The position numbers and the translations under genes were made by a program. The notes beneath the pieces were generated by a model. The model ran no database searches. It saw nothing but the letters and a program-made list of their open reading frames with translations, and had not been told where the DNA came from. Positions 26,076 through 35,773 of a stretch of 64,000 nt of DNA are shown in pieces. The stretch is from Planctomycetota bacterium (GTDB lineage: Bacteria; Planctomycetota; GCA-002687715; CAIWVZ01). The stretch lies in NCBI GenBank assembly GCA_044222185.1, contig JBGANV010000006.1, positions 32,001 to 96,000 of the forward strand, in the 5' to 3' direction. How positions within the stretch are numbered: position 1 is the first letter of the stretch; each line of letters opens with the position of its first letter.

Positions 26076-28565
26076 ATGGGTCGGATAGTCGTTGCCGTGC
26101 TCCTCAGCGCCGTTGCGCTGGGGCAGACGATTCAATTGAGCGTTCCTGTCGGATCGCCGACGCAGGCTGCCGCACTGATGAGCCTCCTCACCGACGTGGA
26201 GATTCACGGTGATCACGCCGACGTCCTGATCCACGCGCCGTCGGAGATGCTGGCCCTGCAGGCCGCAGGGTTCTCGCCCACGATCGAGATCCAGGACGTG
26301 GAGGCGTTCTATCGCTCGCGTCTCGTCCAGCCGCCGGTGACCTCCGACGGCAGCGTTCCGCAGTTCGGCCAAGGCAGCCTCGGTGGCTACTTCACGGACG
26401 CCGAGATGTACGCGTTCATGCAAGCGTTGTCCGCCCAGTATCCGGCCATCGTCGCGCCGGCCGTCAGCATCGGATTCACCGCCGAGAGCCGCCCGATCTG
26501 GATGTGGAAGATCTCGGACAACCCGCTCGCGGACGAACCCGAACCCGAGGTTCTGTTCGACGGCCTGCTCCACGCTCGCGAGCCCATGTCGATGGAGGCC
26601 ATCTGCTACTTCGCGCAGAGGCTTTGCGAGGGGTACGGGGCGAACCCACGGACGACCGCACTCGTCGACGAGCGTGAGATCTACCTCGTCCCGATGGTCA
26701 ACGTGGACGGCTACGTCTACAACACGACGGCAACGCCATTCGGCGGTGGGATCTGGCGAAAGAACCGCCGCGTCCTGCCCGACACGAACGTCGGCGTGGA
26801 CCTCAACCGCAACTACGCCGACGCGTGGGGCATCGACGACGTCGGGTCCAGCGGTGCGACGTCCTCGTACCAGTATCGGGGGGCGACGCCATTCAGCGAG
26901 CCCGAGACGCTGGCGATGAAGGCCTTCTGCGAGTCCCGCGACTTCTCCACCGGACTCTCGCTGCACACGTTCGGGAACCTGGTGCTGATTCCCCCGAGTC
27001 ACACGGCGGGCGCCGTCCCGCCGGCACCCTGGCAGGCGCGATACGAGGGATTCGCGGCGACCATGTCCGCCATGGGGCCGGGTTTCATCGCCGGCTACTC
27101 GTGGCAGGTGCTCTACCTCGCCAACGGGACGTCGATCGACTGGGCCGCGTCGACGCTTTACGGCGGCAACCAGATGCTCGCGTTCACGTGCGAACTCGGT
27201 TCGACGTTCGACGGCTTCTGGCCAGCGACGTCGCGAATCATCCCCATCGCCAACGATGCGATGGAGCTGATGGAGTACGTCACGGCGATCGCCGGCCCGA
27301 GTCTGAGGACCCTCGGAGCCGACGTTCTCGAGCCCTCGGGAACCACTCCGTTCCTCTGGGAGCCGGGGGAGACGTTGGCCGTGGTCGCGCAGGTGCGGAA
27401 CGATGGGCGCGCATCCGCGGCTGCGACCCTCCGCGTGGAGACGAGCGATCCGTGGCTGACTGTGCCCGCTTCACCGCTCGCTCTGGGTGCGATCGCGGAG
27501 TTCGGCGGGGTCGCCAGCAACGCGCTCAGTCCGCTCACGGTCCAGGTCGACCCTGCGACGCCGCTTGGAACGCAGATTTCGTTCGACGTCGTCGCCGAGG
27601 CGCCGGGATCACCGCCGTCACGGGTCACCGTCACGGGGATCGTCGGAAGCCCGGCGGGCCTCGTTCTCGTGGATGACTGCGAGCAGGACCATGGCTGGCA
27701 GGTCGGGGCCCCAGGCGACACGGCAACGTCGGGGCTGTGGACGCGCGCGGATCCGAACGGAACGTTGATGCAGCAGCATCTCTTCAACCCGGAGGACGAT
27801 CACACGCCCGGGAGCGGCACCCAGTGCTGGTTCACGGGGCAGGGAGTCGTCGGCGGGCCCGTCGGCGCGCAGGACGTGGATGGCACCACGACCCTGACGT
27901 CGCCCGTCTTCAACCTGTCAGCCGTGTCGCACCCGACGATCTCGTATTGGCGCTGGTTCGCGACCACGGGAACCGACTCGTTGACCGTCGAGCTGTCGAA
28001 CGACGACGGCGCGAATTGGGTTCAGGTCGAGCAGGTGACGGGCAACCAGGCGGTCTGGACCCTTCATGCGTTCGTCGTCGAGGCGATCCTGCCGCGAACG
28101 AGCACCATGCGTCTGCGTTTCCGCGCGTCGGATCAACCGAACAACAGTCTGTGCGAAGCTGCGATCGACGACGTCCGCATCGATGCCTGGCCGCCGCTCG
28201 TCGAGCTGACCGTCCCTGCCGTGGCTCCGATCGGCGTTGGGACGTCGATGGCCATCGCCGCGCCGCTCGCACCGAGCCAGTGGTACGTGGTCGGCGTGTC
28301 GGAGACGGCCCACGCAGGGATCCTCGTCTCCGGCGTACTCGTTCCCATCGACCCGGGCCCGCTGCTCGAGTTCGTGTTCACCGTGCCGGAGGTCTTCACC
28401 GGATTCGTCGGGACGCTCGACGCGCAAGGGCAGGCGACGGCGACGTTGAACGTGCCGAACGTGCCCTTCCTGTCGGGCCTTCAGCTCTTCGCCGCGGCCG
28501 CGGTCGCCGATTCCTCGGTGACGGTGCTGGGCGCCTCCGGCGCGACGCGCATCACGATCCAGTAG
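26076..28565 (+). CDS. Secreted M14 zinc carboxypeptidase (carboxypeptidase T-like) with accessory beta domains
   Basis: HARE, NVDG, WRKNRR, GVDLNRNY, FSEPET, SLHTF motifs; signal peptide; MAM-like domain (DVDGTTTLTSP, YWRWF, IDDV). Confidence 0.92.
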   Translation: MGRIVVAVLLSAVALGQTIQLSVPVGSPTQAAALMSLLTDVEIHGDHADVLIHAPSEMLALQAAGFSPTIEIQDVEAFYRSRLVQPPVTSDGSVPQFGQGSLGGYFTDAEMYAFMQALSAQYPAIVAPAVSIGFTAESRPIWMWKISDNPLADEPEPEVLFDGLLHAREPMSMEAICYFAQRLCEGYGANPRTTALVDEREIYLVPMVNVDGYVYNTTATPFGGGIWRKNRRVLPDTNVGVDLNRNYADAWGIDDVGSSGATSSYQYRGATPFSEPETLAMKAFCESRDFSTGLSLHTFGNLVLIPPSHTAGAVPPAPWQARYEGFAATMSAMGPGFIAGYSWQVLYLANGTSIDWAASTLYGGNQMLAFTCELGSTFDGFWPATSRIIPIANDAMELMEYVTAIAGPSLRTLGADVLEPSGTTPFLWEPGETLAVVAQVRNDGRASAAATLRVETSDPWLTVPASPLALGAIAEFGGVASNALSPLTVQVDPATPLGTQISFDVVAEAPGSPPSRVTVTGIVGSPAGLVLVDDCEQDHGWQVGAPGDTATSGLWTRADPNGTLMQQHLFNPEDDHTPGSGTQCWFTGQGVVGGPVGAQDVDGTTTLTSPVFNLSAVSHPTISYWRWFATTGTDSLTVELSNDDGANWVQVEQVTGNQAVWTLHAFVVEAILPRTSTMRLRFRASDQPNNSLCEAAIDDVRIDAWPPLVELTVPAVAPIGVGTSMAIAAPLAPSQWYVVGVSETAHAGILVSGVLVPIDPGPLLEFVFTVPEVFTGFVGTLDAQGQATATLNVPNVPFLSGLQLFAAAAVADSSVTVLGASGATRITIQ

Positions 28566-28690
28566 AGGGAGACGGCCCGACCGCGCGGGCCGACCACGCG
28601 GCGAGCGCCGGGCGATCCGCAGGCGACGCGGGCCCGAGCGGACTGCCGCCTGGGTTGGTCCTCCTCGCCCGCAGCCACCAATCAGGTGTC

Positions 28691-28731
28691 GTGAGCGCCG
28701 AGGCAGCGGCGTTGACTGCCCTCGGCGCCAC
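28691..28731. terminator. GC-rich imperfect hairpin between convergent genes
   Basis: GCGCCGAGGCAG ... CTGCCCTCGGCGC stem with one bulge; no clear U-tract. Confidence 0.3.
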
Positions 28732-28887
28732 TGGAAAACCGTGCGGGCGCGAGCGAGTGCCTCATTCGCCCCGGGCACGATGCAATTTGCCGCCCGGGAC
28801 GCGACCGTCGCTCGCGGCGGCCGCATGTCGCGCTTCAGTTCCAGGAGGTGCGGCGCACCCTGGGGCAGCACGCCGCCGGCTGGGATC

Positions 28888-29760
28888 TCAGAACCCGGTG
28901 ACCTTGGCAGCCTTGGTGTAGAGGATCTTGGCCGTGAGGAACCCGACCACGATCACCAGCACGAGCGCGCCCAGGTTGATGGCGGTGAGGGCATCGCTCG
29001 TTCCGCCGTAGATCGACCCGTAATGGTTGCTGACCATCAACATGATCAGCGGGACCGACATGTACGTGTTGTGGCGAGAGCGCGCGCCGGCGAGGGCGAC
29101 CATGGCGGCGTCCGGCGCCTGGCCGTTCTTGATGGCCGTGATGATCCGGCGCTGGTTCGGCCAGATCCGCATCCAGACGTTCATGGCCATGGTCGAGCCG
29201 AAGAGAGCGCCGGTGTGGATCCACAGGGATCGGCCGTCGAACTTGCCCACGAAGATCATGAGCGCGATGGCTCCAGCGAGGAGGGCGAGGTTCACGCCCA
29301 ACCCGGCCGGCGTCATGGGCCCGAGCTTCTTCGCGACCATGTCATAGACGCCAAGCAACACGACGAGGATGCCGAGCGTGGCTGCGCCCATGTGGCCCTC
29401 GGCGGCCGACCACTGCTTGTAGCCCATGTAGTAGACGAGGCCGAGCAGCAGGAAGCCCGTGACCCAGGTCCACGCCGCACCCCACCGGAACCAGTACAGA
29501 GCGCGCGGGCGAAGTTCGGGGATCACGGACTTCTTCATTTCGGCCGCGAGCTTCCCTTCGAAGCCGCCTTGGACGAAGTTGAAGAAGTAGAGGTGGCCGA
29601 TCCAGAGGACGCCGAACAGGACGTGCGCCCAGCGGAGGAACATCTCCACCCAGACCATCGACATCTTGTTGTCAGCTTGCGTCTGTGCGGCCGCCGGGAC
29701 GGCGAGCGCGGCGATTGCGAGACTCAGGAGCAAAGCCCGGTTCCGGGAGTTGGAGCTCAT
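28888..29760 (-). CDS. Urate-oxidase N-terminal (PuuD-like) membrane protein
   Basis: RWAHVLFGVLWIGHLYFFN, WFRWGAAWTWVTG, MAMNVWMRIWPNQ, RSRHNTYMSVP, MVSNHY; no CxxCH. Confidence 0.88.
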   Translation of the reverse strand: MSSNSRNRALLLSLAIAALAVPAAAQTQADNKMSMVWVEMFLRWAHVLFGVLWIGHLYFFNFVQGGFEGKLAAEMKKSVIPELRPRALYWFRWGAAWTWVTGFLLLGLVYYMGYKQWSAAEGHMGAATLGILVVLLGVYDMVAKKLGPMTPAGLGVNLALLAGAIALMIFVGKFDGRSLWIHTGALFGSTMAMNVWMRIWPNQRRIITAIKNGQAPDAAMVALAGARSRHNTYMSVPLIMLMVSNHYGSIYGGTSDALTAINLGALVLVIVVGFLTAKILYTKAAKVTGF

Positions 29761-30005
29761 CGTTTTCCCTCGAGTGTCCACAGGGACGGAGGCGCAACCG
29801 GCGACGGGAAACACCCGGCGGAGACCTGTCCGTCCAAAAGCGCGGGATCATAGCAGCCACTCCACGGCTCATCCCCCAGCGGGTCACGGGGTTCGGACCC
29901 GCCGGCTTGGGCGCGCGGTTCGACCGGCGCGGATCGATCCTGATCCGGTTCGCGCGCGGACGCCGTCGCTCCCGTAGACTCCTGCCCCATGACGGGGGAG
30001 ACCTC

Positions 30006-30431
30006 ATGCTGAAGTCGGACCGGGTTTTCGCGCGTCTGTCCAAGATCTGCCTCGCCCTCCCGGAGACGAGTGTCCGCCTGACGTGGGGAGAGCCGCACTT
30101 CCGCGTGGGGGAGAAGATCTTCTCCGGCTACGGGCAGGAGGACGGCGTGTTCCGCGCCGGCTTCAAGCTCGAGATGGATCATGCGGCGGCGATCGTCTCG
30201 GACCCGCGCTTTCGACGGGCGCGATACGTCGGACACAAGGGATGGGTGTCCATGGACCTCTCGGGGGCCGTGGATTGGTCCCTCGTCGAGGCGCTCGTGC
30301 GCGAGAGTTACAGCCTGATCGCACCGAAGAAGCTCGTGGCTCGGCTGGATGAAGCCGCGCCCACGGCGAAACCACGACAGGCGAAGTCCGTCGCCACGCG
30401 CCGGCCATCGGTACGCGCAAAGAAGCGCTGA
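30006..30431 (+). CDS. MmcQ/YjbR family protein
   Basis: CLALPE, WGEPHFRVGEKIF, YVGHKGWV, ESYSLIAPKKL; GGGAG RBS. Confidence 0.9.
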   Translation: MLKSDRVFARLSKICLALPETSVRLTWGEPHFRVGEKIFSGYGQEDGVFRAGFKLEMDHAAAIVSDPRFRRARYVGHKGWVSMDLSGAVDWSLVEALVRESYSLIAPKKLVARLDEAAPTAKPRQAKSVATRRPSVRAKKR

Positions 30432-30608
30432 CGTCGAAGCACGGCCCGAAGTTGCGGCGCGGGGCCGCACCGGGGCCTGCGAACCGCGCGCGTGCGCGAT
30501 GCGCCGAATCGACTCCGCAGCGTGGACGGGTGTCCGGACCGGCACTATGCTGCGCCGGTTCCTGATTCGTGTCGTTGCCGCAGGTCTAACCACTCGAAGG
30601 ATACCCGT

Positions 30609-32282
30609 ATGCTGCGTTCAAGGATCCTGTTCGCGCTTCCCGTCTCGGCCGTGCTGAGCGTCCTCGTCTCGGCGCAAACCATCACGGCCTATTTCCCCGA
30701 TAACGTCCCCACCACCGGCGCCACGAACGCGTTCCCGTTCAACACGGGCGCATACACGACGCTCCAGGTGTATCCGGCCAGCGGGTTGACGGCGGCCGGT
30801 ATCGTCGCGGGTCAGCATCTCGCAGGGATCGCGATTGCGCCGACCTCGGGCGTCGCCGCCGGCACCTACACGGCCCCGACGGGAGTCATCACGATCGGCC
30901 ACCGCGCCCCGACGCCGCCCTTTGCCACCAATCAGTGGCTGAACAACATGGTCGGTGCTCAGACCGTGTGGGACACGGCCGTCGACGGGCCCCTTTCGTT
31001 CGCCCGAGTCTCCGGCGCCTGGGCGAACCTGCCCTTCTCGCCGAACGCCGTTTTCTACTGGGACGGCGTGAGTGATCTCGTGTTGCAGATCTCGATCGGC
31101 GCCGGTGCCACCGGCAACTTCGGGCTGCTGACCTCGCCGACCACTTCCTACATCCGCTACGGCGTGAACGCCGTCTTCGCGCCGGCGCCAGGGACTGCGC
31201 CGACGACGACGGGCGTCCTCGGCCCGCGCGCGAGCTTCACGTTCGACTTCCAGAACATCTCGCCGAATTGGCAGGTGAATCAGGCGTCGGCGAGCTTCGA
31301 CATCGACTCGCAGGTGGGGAGCGCCTACGGCGCCGTGACCGTGACGCGCTGCATCAACACGACGATGACCGTGAACCTCGGAACGTCGCTGACCTTGCCG
31401 CCCTGGGACCTCGCCATCGGCACCGCGCCGCTCGTCGCGGCCAACGCGGGCGGGATCACGCTGCCGGGCGGCCAGTTCGTGAACGTGAACCTCGCGGATC
31501 CGACCCTCACGTTCCTGAACGGCCTGACATTCACCACGCCGCTCGCGCCGTCGGCTCTACCGGTCGCGCTCCCGGCTCCCATCCAGTTCTCGCTGCAGAT
31601 GGTCGTCGTCGACGCGGGTGCCGCCGCCGGAGTCTCGCTGAGCCAGCCCGTGGCACTGAACGTCACCGCGACGTCGGCGCCGATTCCCGGTCCTGCCGGG
31701 GATGACGTGAGTCTCCTCGTGAACCTCACGGGACAACCGATTTGTGGGTCGCCGATCTCGTTCTTCGGGACGTCGTACTCGCAGATGTACGTCCAGACGA
31801 ACGGACGCGTGACGTTCGGCACCGACAGCACGGCGTACACCCCGTCCGCCGCGGCGGCGAACCCCGGCTTCGTCGGGGCGTGGGCCGACTTGAACACGAC
31901 GACGGCGGGATCGATCAGCATCAGCTTCCCGAGCGCCGGCGTCTACAGCGTCGACTACAACGGCGTGGGGTTCTTCGGCGGTCCGGGGACCGTCACGAAC
32001 ACCTTCCAGATCGTGTTCGACACGAACTCGGGGAGCATCCTGCTCGGCGGGCTCACGGGACTCGCGACCTACACCTCGCAGCAGTTGATCGGCATCAGCC
32101 CCGGGGCCTCGGCGACGAATCCGGGACCGCGGACGTGGGCGCTGGGCGGACCGAACGCCATGTCGAGCCCCACGGACATGATCTACACGCTCACGACGGC
32201 AGGGGCGGCGATCGCCGGCACCGGCGTGAACAACCTCCTCTTCTACCCGAATCTCGGCGGATACGACTGGACGGCGTTCTGA
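30609..32282 (+). CDS. Secreted beta-rich surface protein with C-terminal nidogen-like domain
   Basis: Signal peptide; Thr/Gly/Ala-rich; GDDVS...FFGTSYSQMYVQTNGRVTF...WADL...NTFQIVF. Confidence 0.75.
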   Translation: MLRSRILFALPVSAVLSVLVSAQTITAYFPDNVPTTGATNAFPFNTGAYTTLQVYPASGLTAAGIVAGQHLAGIAIAPTSGVAAGTYTAPTGVITIGHRAPTPPFATNQWLNNMVGAQTVWDTAVDGPLSFARVSGAWANLPFSPNAVFYWDGVSDLVLQISIGAGATGNFGLLTSPTTSYIRYGVNAVFAPAPGTAPTTTGVLGPRASFTFDFQNISPNWQVNQASASFDIDSQVGSAYGAVTVTRCINTTMTVNLGTSLTLPPWDLAIGTAPLVAANAGGITLPGGQFVNVNLADPTLTFLNGLTFTTPLAPSALPVALPAPIQFSLQMVVVDAGAAAGVSLSQPVALNVTATSAPIPGPAGDDVSLLVNLTGQPICGSPISFFGTSYSQMYVQTNGRVTFGTDSTAYTPSAAAANPGFVGAWADLNTTTAGSISISFPSAGVYSVDYNGVGFFGGPGTVTNTFQIVFDTNSGSILLGGLTGLATYTSQQLIGISPGASATNPGPRTWALGGPNAMSSPTDMIYTLTTAGAAIAGTGVNNLLFYPNLGGYDWTAF

Positions 32283-32297
32283 GGAGTGAGGCGCGGC

Positions 32298-32321
32298 ATT
32301 CGGGGCGTCCGGGCCCCGAAT
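32298..32321 (+). terminator. 9-bp hairpin, possible terminator
   Basis: ATTCGGGGC-GTCCGG-GCCCCGAAT just after the 32282 stop; weak U-tract. Confidence 0.4.
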
Positions 32322-32381
32322 TCCCTCCGTCCGGGAGTGTTCATCGCCGCCTCGGCGACTAAGAAATCCACGAGGCGGCCG

Positions 32382-32407
32382 TGAACCCGTGGGGGATTCC
32401 CCCGTTG
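32382..32407 (+). promoter_or_regulatory. Putative ECF-type promoter (TGAAC-N16-CGTTG)
   Basis: AAC-N16-CGT immediately upstream of the ECF sigma gene. Confidence 0.5.
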
Positions 32408-32414
32408 ACCAGCA

Positions 32415-32996
32415 ATGGAACTCCCGCGTAACCTCCCCATCGTGACCGACTCTCAACATCTCGACGAACCGCTCTGGGACCGCGTGCGCGGCGCCCTGCG
32501 GCGTTCGTTCTCGCGGTTTGGCGCCCAGCTCGACGAGCTGGACGACCTCGCCGAGGAGAGCCTCGCCAAGATCTTCGAGAAGCCGCGCACGTTCCCCGTG
32601 CCGCAGATGCTGATGTCCTTCGCGCAGAAGGTCGGCCGCAACCTCTGGCTCGATCGGGTTCGCCGCGAGCGAACGCGGCCGCGTACGGTCAACGATCCGG
32701 GGTTGCTCGCGGAGCGGATGGACGGCGCGGGGAACGCCGGGGAGCCGTCACGCGAGGCCGAAATGCGAGAGGACGCGGCGCGACTTCGCGCGGCGATCCA
32801 ACGCCTGCCGAACCGCCACCGCCTCGTGCTCGAAGCGGTGCTGATCGACGGCCTCGGCTACGCGGACGTGGCAGTTCGGCTCGGCATTCCCCGCGGCACG
32901 GTGAAGTCCCGAGTCCACTACGCGGTTCGCGAGGTCCGTCGCGTGCTGGGCATCGCGGCTCCGCTGGACGTGGCCGTGGAGGATCCGGCCGCATGA
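32415..32996 (+). CDS. ECF RNA polymerase sigma factor
   Basis: DDLAEESLAKI, RNLWLDRVRR, GLGYADVAVRLGIPRGTVKSRVHYA. Confidence 0.88.
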   Translation: MELPRNLPIVTDSQHLDEPLWDRVRGALRRSFSRFGAQLDELDDLAEESLAKIFEKPRTFPVPQMLMSFAQKVGRNLWLDRVRRERTRPRTVNDPGLLAERMDGAGNAGEPSREAEMREDAARLRAAIQRLPNRHRLVLEAVLIDGLGYADVAVRLGIPRGTVKSRVHYAVREVRRVLGIAAPLDVAVEDPAA

Positions 32997-34009
32997 CCGT
33001 TCCGCGCGACGCGTGTACTTGGAGCCGGGGCAACATCGAGGCCTACATGCTCGAGCAACTCGCGGGCGAGGACCGACGTGCGCTCGACAGGCATCTCGCC
33101 ACGTGTTCGGCGTGCGCAGACGACGCGCGCGTCGTGGCGTGTGTCCTCGGCATGATTCGCGACGCGCGCTCCCCATCGGACGCGAGCACCGTCGTCCACC
33201 GCACCGGGGCACCCGCCGCGGTGGCGGCCCTCGGCGCGATCGTCGTCGTCCTTCTCATGCTGGGCCTCGAGCGGTCCATGGATCCACGCGACCCCGCGGG
33301 CCGGGGCGGGCCCGAGGTCGCCGCCGCCGGTCACGTCGCGAACGCTGCCGAGGTGGACTGGCTCGTCGCCGCTCAACGCGCGGACGGCTCGTGGGGGCCG
33401 TCCGACGCGCAACCCGTCACGGCGTGGACCGTGGGCATCACGGCACTCGGGGCCGCGAGTCTCCTGGACGACACGCTGTCAGGATCCGCACCGATCGTCG
33501 GTGCGGCGCGGCGAGCTTGCGCGTTCGTCGCGGCGCACGTGGATCGCTTCGGCGGCGTCGCGCAGGCGGAGAGCCTCTCGCCGCTCGCGCGAATGAAGAT
33601 CCAGGCGGCTGCGGCGGCGGCGCTCGCACGCGCGGCGCGGCGCTGGCCCGCGGAATTCGGGAGCCCGGGCGGCCGCACCGTCGAGCTGCTGCGATCGCTC
33701 CAGGCCCTCGATGGTGGCCCCGCGGCGTCCGACCGGTTCGCGACTCCGGAGCGAGCGCTGGCGACGGCGCTGTCCTGGCGCGCATTCAGCGATGCGTCGG
33801 GGCTGCGGCCTGCGGCCGCGGGCCTGGATCGCGCGGTCGCCGCAGCGGCGCGCGAATTGGCGAGATTCGAGCGCGGCCACTCATCGGCCGTCTCGCTACG
33901 CGCCGTGCTGAGTGATCCCGGCGCGACGGGGTCGATGGAGATGCGCATCCTCGACCTCGCGGCGCGCACCCTGAGTCTGCCCGAGCCGCGGCTCGTCGCA
34001 GGCCTTTGA
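32993..34009 (+). CDS. zf-HC2 anti-sigma factor with a periplasmic QW/prenyltransferase-like helical domain
   Basis: HLATCSAC; TM segment; WLVAAQRADGSW; ATGA overlap with the sigma gene. Confidence 0.78.
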   Translation: MTVPRDACTWSRGNIEAYMLEQLAGEDRRALDRHLATCSACADDARVVACVLGMIRDARSPSDASTVVHRTGAPAAVAALGAIVVVLLMLGLERSMDPRDPAGRGGPEVAAAGHVANAAEVDWLVAAQRADGSWGPSDAQPVTAWTVGITALGAASLLDDTLSGSAPIVGAARRACAFVAAHVDRFGGVAQAESLSPLARMKIQAAAAAALARAARRWPAEFGSPGGRTVELLRSLQALDGGPAASDRFATPERALATALSWRAFSDASGLRPAAAGLDRAVAAAARELARFERGHSSAVSLRAVLSDPGATGSMEMRILDLAARTLSLPEPRLVAGL

Positions 34010-34038
34010 CGGGGCCGGCCCGACCGAGGTGTCGAGCA

Positions 34039-35616
34039 TCACTCGGCGAGCGCGAACGACTGCCCGTCCCGCGTGAACTTCAGGTCGATGCTCTGGGGCT
34101 TTTCCCCACCGAGGAGACGCATGCTGACTGCGGCGCCCGTGGGATCGATCGAGATCGGGCCCGTGGACAACCGCAAGATGGGGTCCGCGGCCTTGTCGCA
34201 CAGCGCAACGAACGCCTCGCGTCGAGCCTGCGCTCGACCCGGCGCGGCGAACAAACTGTCGTAGAGCGCGAAGTCCCGGTTCTGGACGGCCTCACGCCAC
34301 GCGGCGACGAGACCCGTGAGGCGTTCGTTGTCCGTCGTGCCGCTCTCGGGTCTGGACTTCCGCGTGATCATCGCGAAGGAGTGCATGCACGTGGTGAGGG
34401 CGCTTTCGTGCTCGCGCATCTGATCCGTGCGAACGGCCGTCGAGATGACGAAGATCTGCTCGCCGCCGAACGTGACGATCGCGACGCCCCGATGCGTCGT
34501 CCCGTCGGGCGCGCTCGTCGTCACGGAAGCTTCGAGGGCCGGTTGCCCAGCGATCTTCGTCGTCGTGGGCCTTCCAAACGCGACCGTGAGTTTGCGCGCG
34601 ACGTAGGACGCCTGGAGGCGCGCGAAGAAGTTGTCGGCGATCGCCGGCAGATTCTCGGCCGTGAGTCGCTCGGGCGTGCTCGACCGATACCGGAACACGG
34701 AAAGCTCCGCCGGCGCCATGTTCGACGCTCCCTCCGGCTCGCCGAGCACGAACGAAAGAAGCGCATTGGCGCCGCGTGTCTCCCGATGAACCCGGAACGA
34801 GCCCGGCGCCAGCATGCTGAATCCGCCGCTGTCTTCCATGTGGAGGACGACATCCGCGCGGGGAGGTTCGGGCTGACCCGTGGGTTTGGATGCGGCTGCG
34901 GCGGTTTCGCCCGAGGGCGCGGCGACGACGCGCGGCTCCTGCGATTCGATGACCGAGCGCCGTGCCCACACTTCCTTCAGGGCCTCCTTGGGAACGCCCT
35001 GGCGGCTTAGCACCACGAGCTGATCGACGGTGATGTCGAACCGGCTCTCCGACGCTCGAATGCGGCGCACGATCTCGTCACCGGTCGCGCCCTCGCGCGC
35101 GATGCGCGTGATGTCGTCGAGCGTGATCGCAGCCGGTTTCGTATCGGCCCCGGAACGGCTGCCCGGCATGGACTTCTCGCGCAGTGCCCGCACCACCGCA
35201 GGGGAGACGCCCCGCTGCATGAGATTCAGCCATTGATCCGTCGCGAGCTGGAACGTGTTCTCCGAAGCCGCGATGAGTCCGATGATCTGGGAGTCGGGTA
35301 CTCCGGAGGACGTGAGATTCAGGATGTCCTCCACGTCCAGCTTCGTGGTGGCCGTCTTCTCGACGGCCGCACTCAGCCGCGCGACGATCGGCTCGGGGAC
35401 TCCGGCATCGGTGAGCTTCTTGACGTCTTCGCGCGTCACCGCGGGGGTGCCGTTGCGATCGAGAAGGGTCGTCAGCTCCTCGGTTCGAAACCCCGCCGAA
35501 TGAAGCCAGAGGATCTCGGAGACGGACGGCGGATTCGTGGACCGCCGGGTCTCCTGCGCGAATGCGCCGAGCGCAATCACCAGGGAGATGAAAGGGAGCA
35601 GGGCGGTTCTCTTCAT
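34039..35616 (-). CDS. Secreted protein with six short helical repeats and a PsbP/Mog1-like C-terminal region
   Basis: Signal peptide MKRTALLPFISLVIALGAFAQ; repeats like EDILNLTSSGVPDSQI; GFSMLAPGSF...TKIAGQPA. Confidence 0.7.
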   Translation of the reverse strand: MKRTALLPFISLVIALGAFAQETRRSTNPPSVSEILWLHSAGFRTEELTTLLDRNGTPAVTREDVKKLTDAGVPEPIVARLSAAVEKTATTKLDVEDILNLTSSGVPDSQIIGLIAASENTFQLATDQWLNLMQRGVSPAVVRALREKSMPGSRSGADTKPAAITLDDITRIAREGATGDEIVRRIRASESRFDITVDQLVVLSRQGVPKEALKEVWARRSVIESQEPRVVAAPSGETAAAASKPTGQPEPPRADVVLHMEDSGGFSMLAPGSFRVHRETRGANALLSFVLGEPEGASNMAPAELSVFRYRSSTPERLTAENLPAIADNFFARLQASYVARKLTVAFGRPTTTKIAGQPALEASVTTSAPDGTTHRGVAIVTFGGEQIFVISTAVRTDQMREHESALTTCMHSFAMITRKSRPESGTTDNERLTGLVAAWREAVQNRDFALYDSLFAAPGRAQARREAFVALCDKAADPILRLSTGPISIDPTGAAVSMRLLGGEKPQSIDLKFTRDGQSFALAE

Positions 35617-35773
35617 GGACTTTGCCTCCCGGACATGAGATTTGCTCTCCCACCTATCGGGTCGGCCCGCCCTCGAACTTGACTTCTGGTGAATCTTCTC
35701 GGATGTCTTGGATTGTCGCCCGCGGTGAACCCGGTCGATCTTCTCGGTATCCCGTGCGCGACAGGACGACTTC

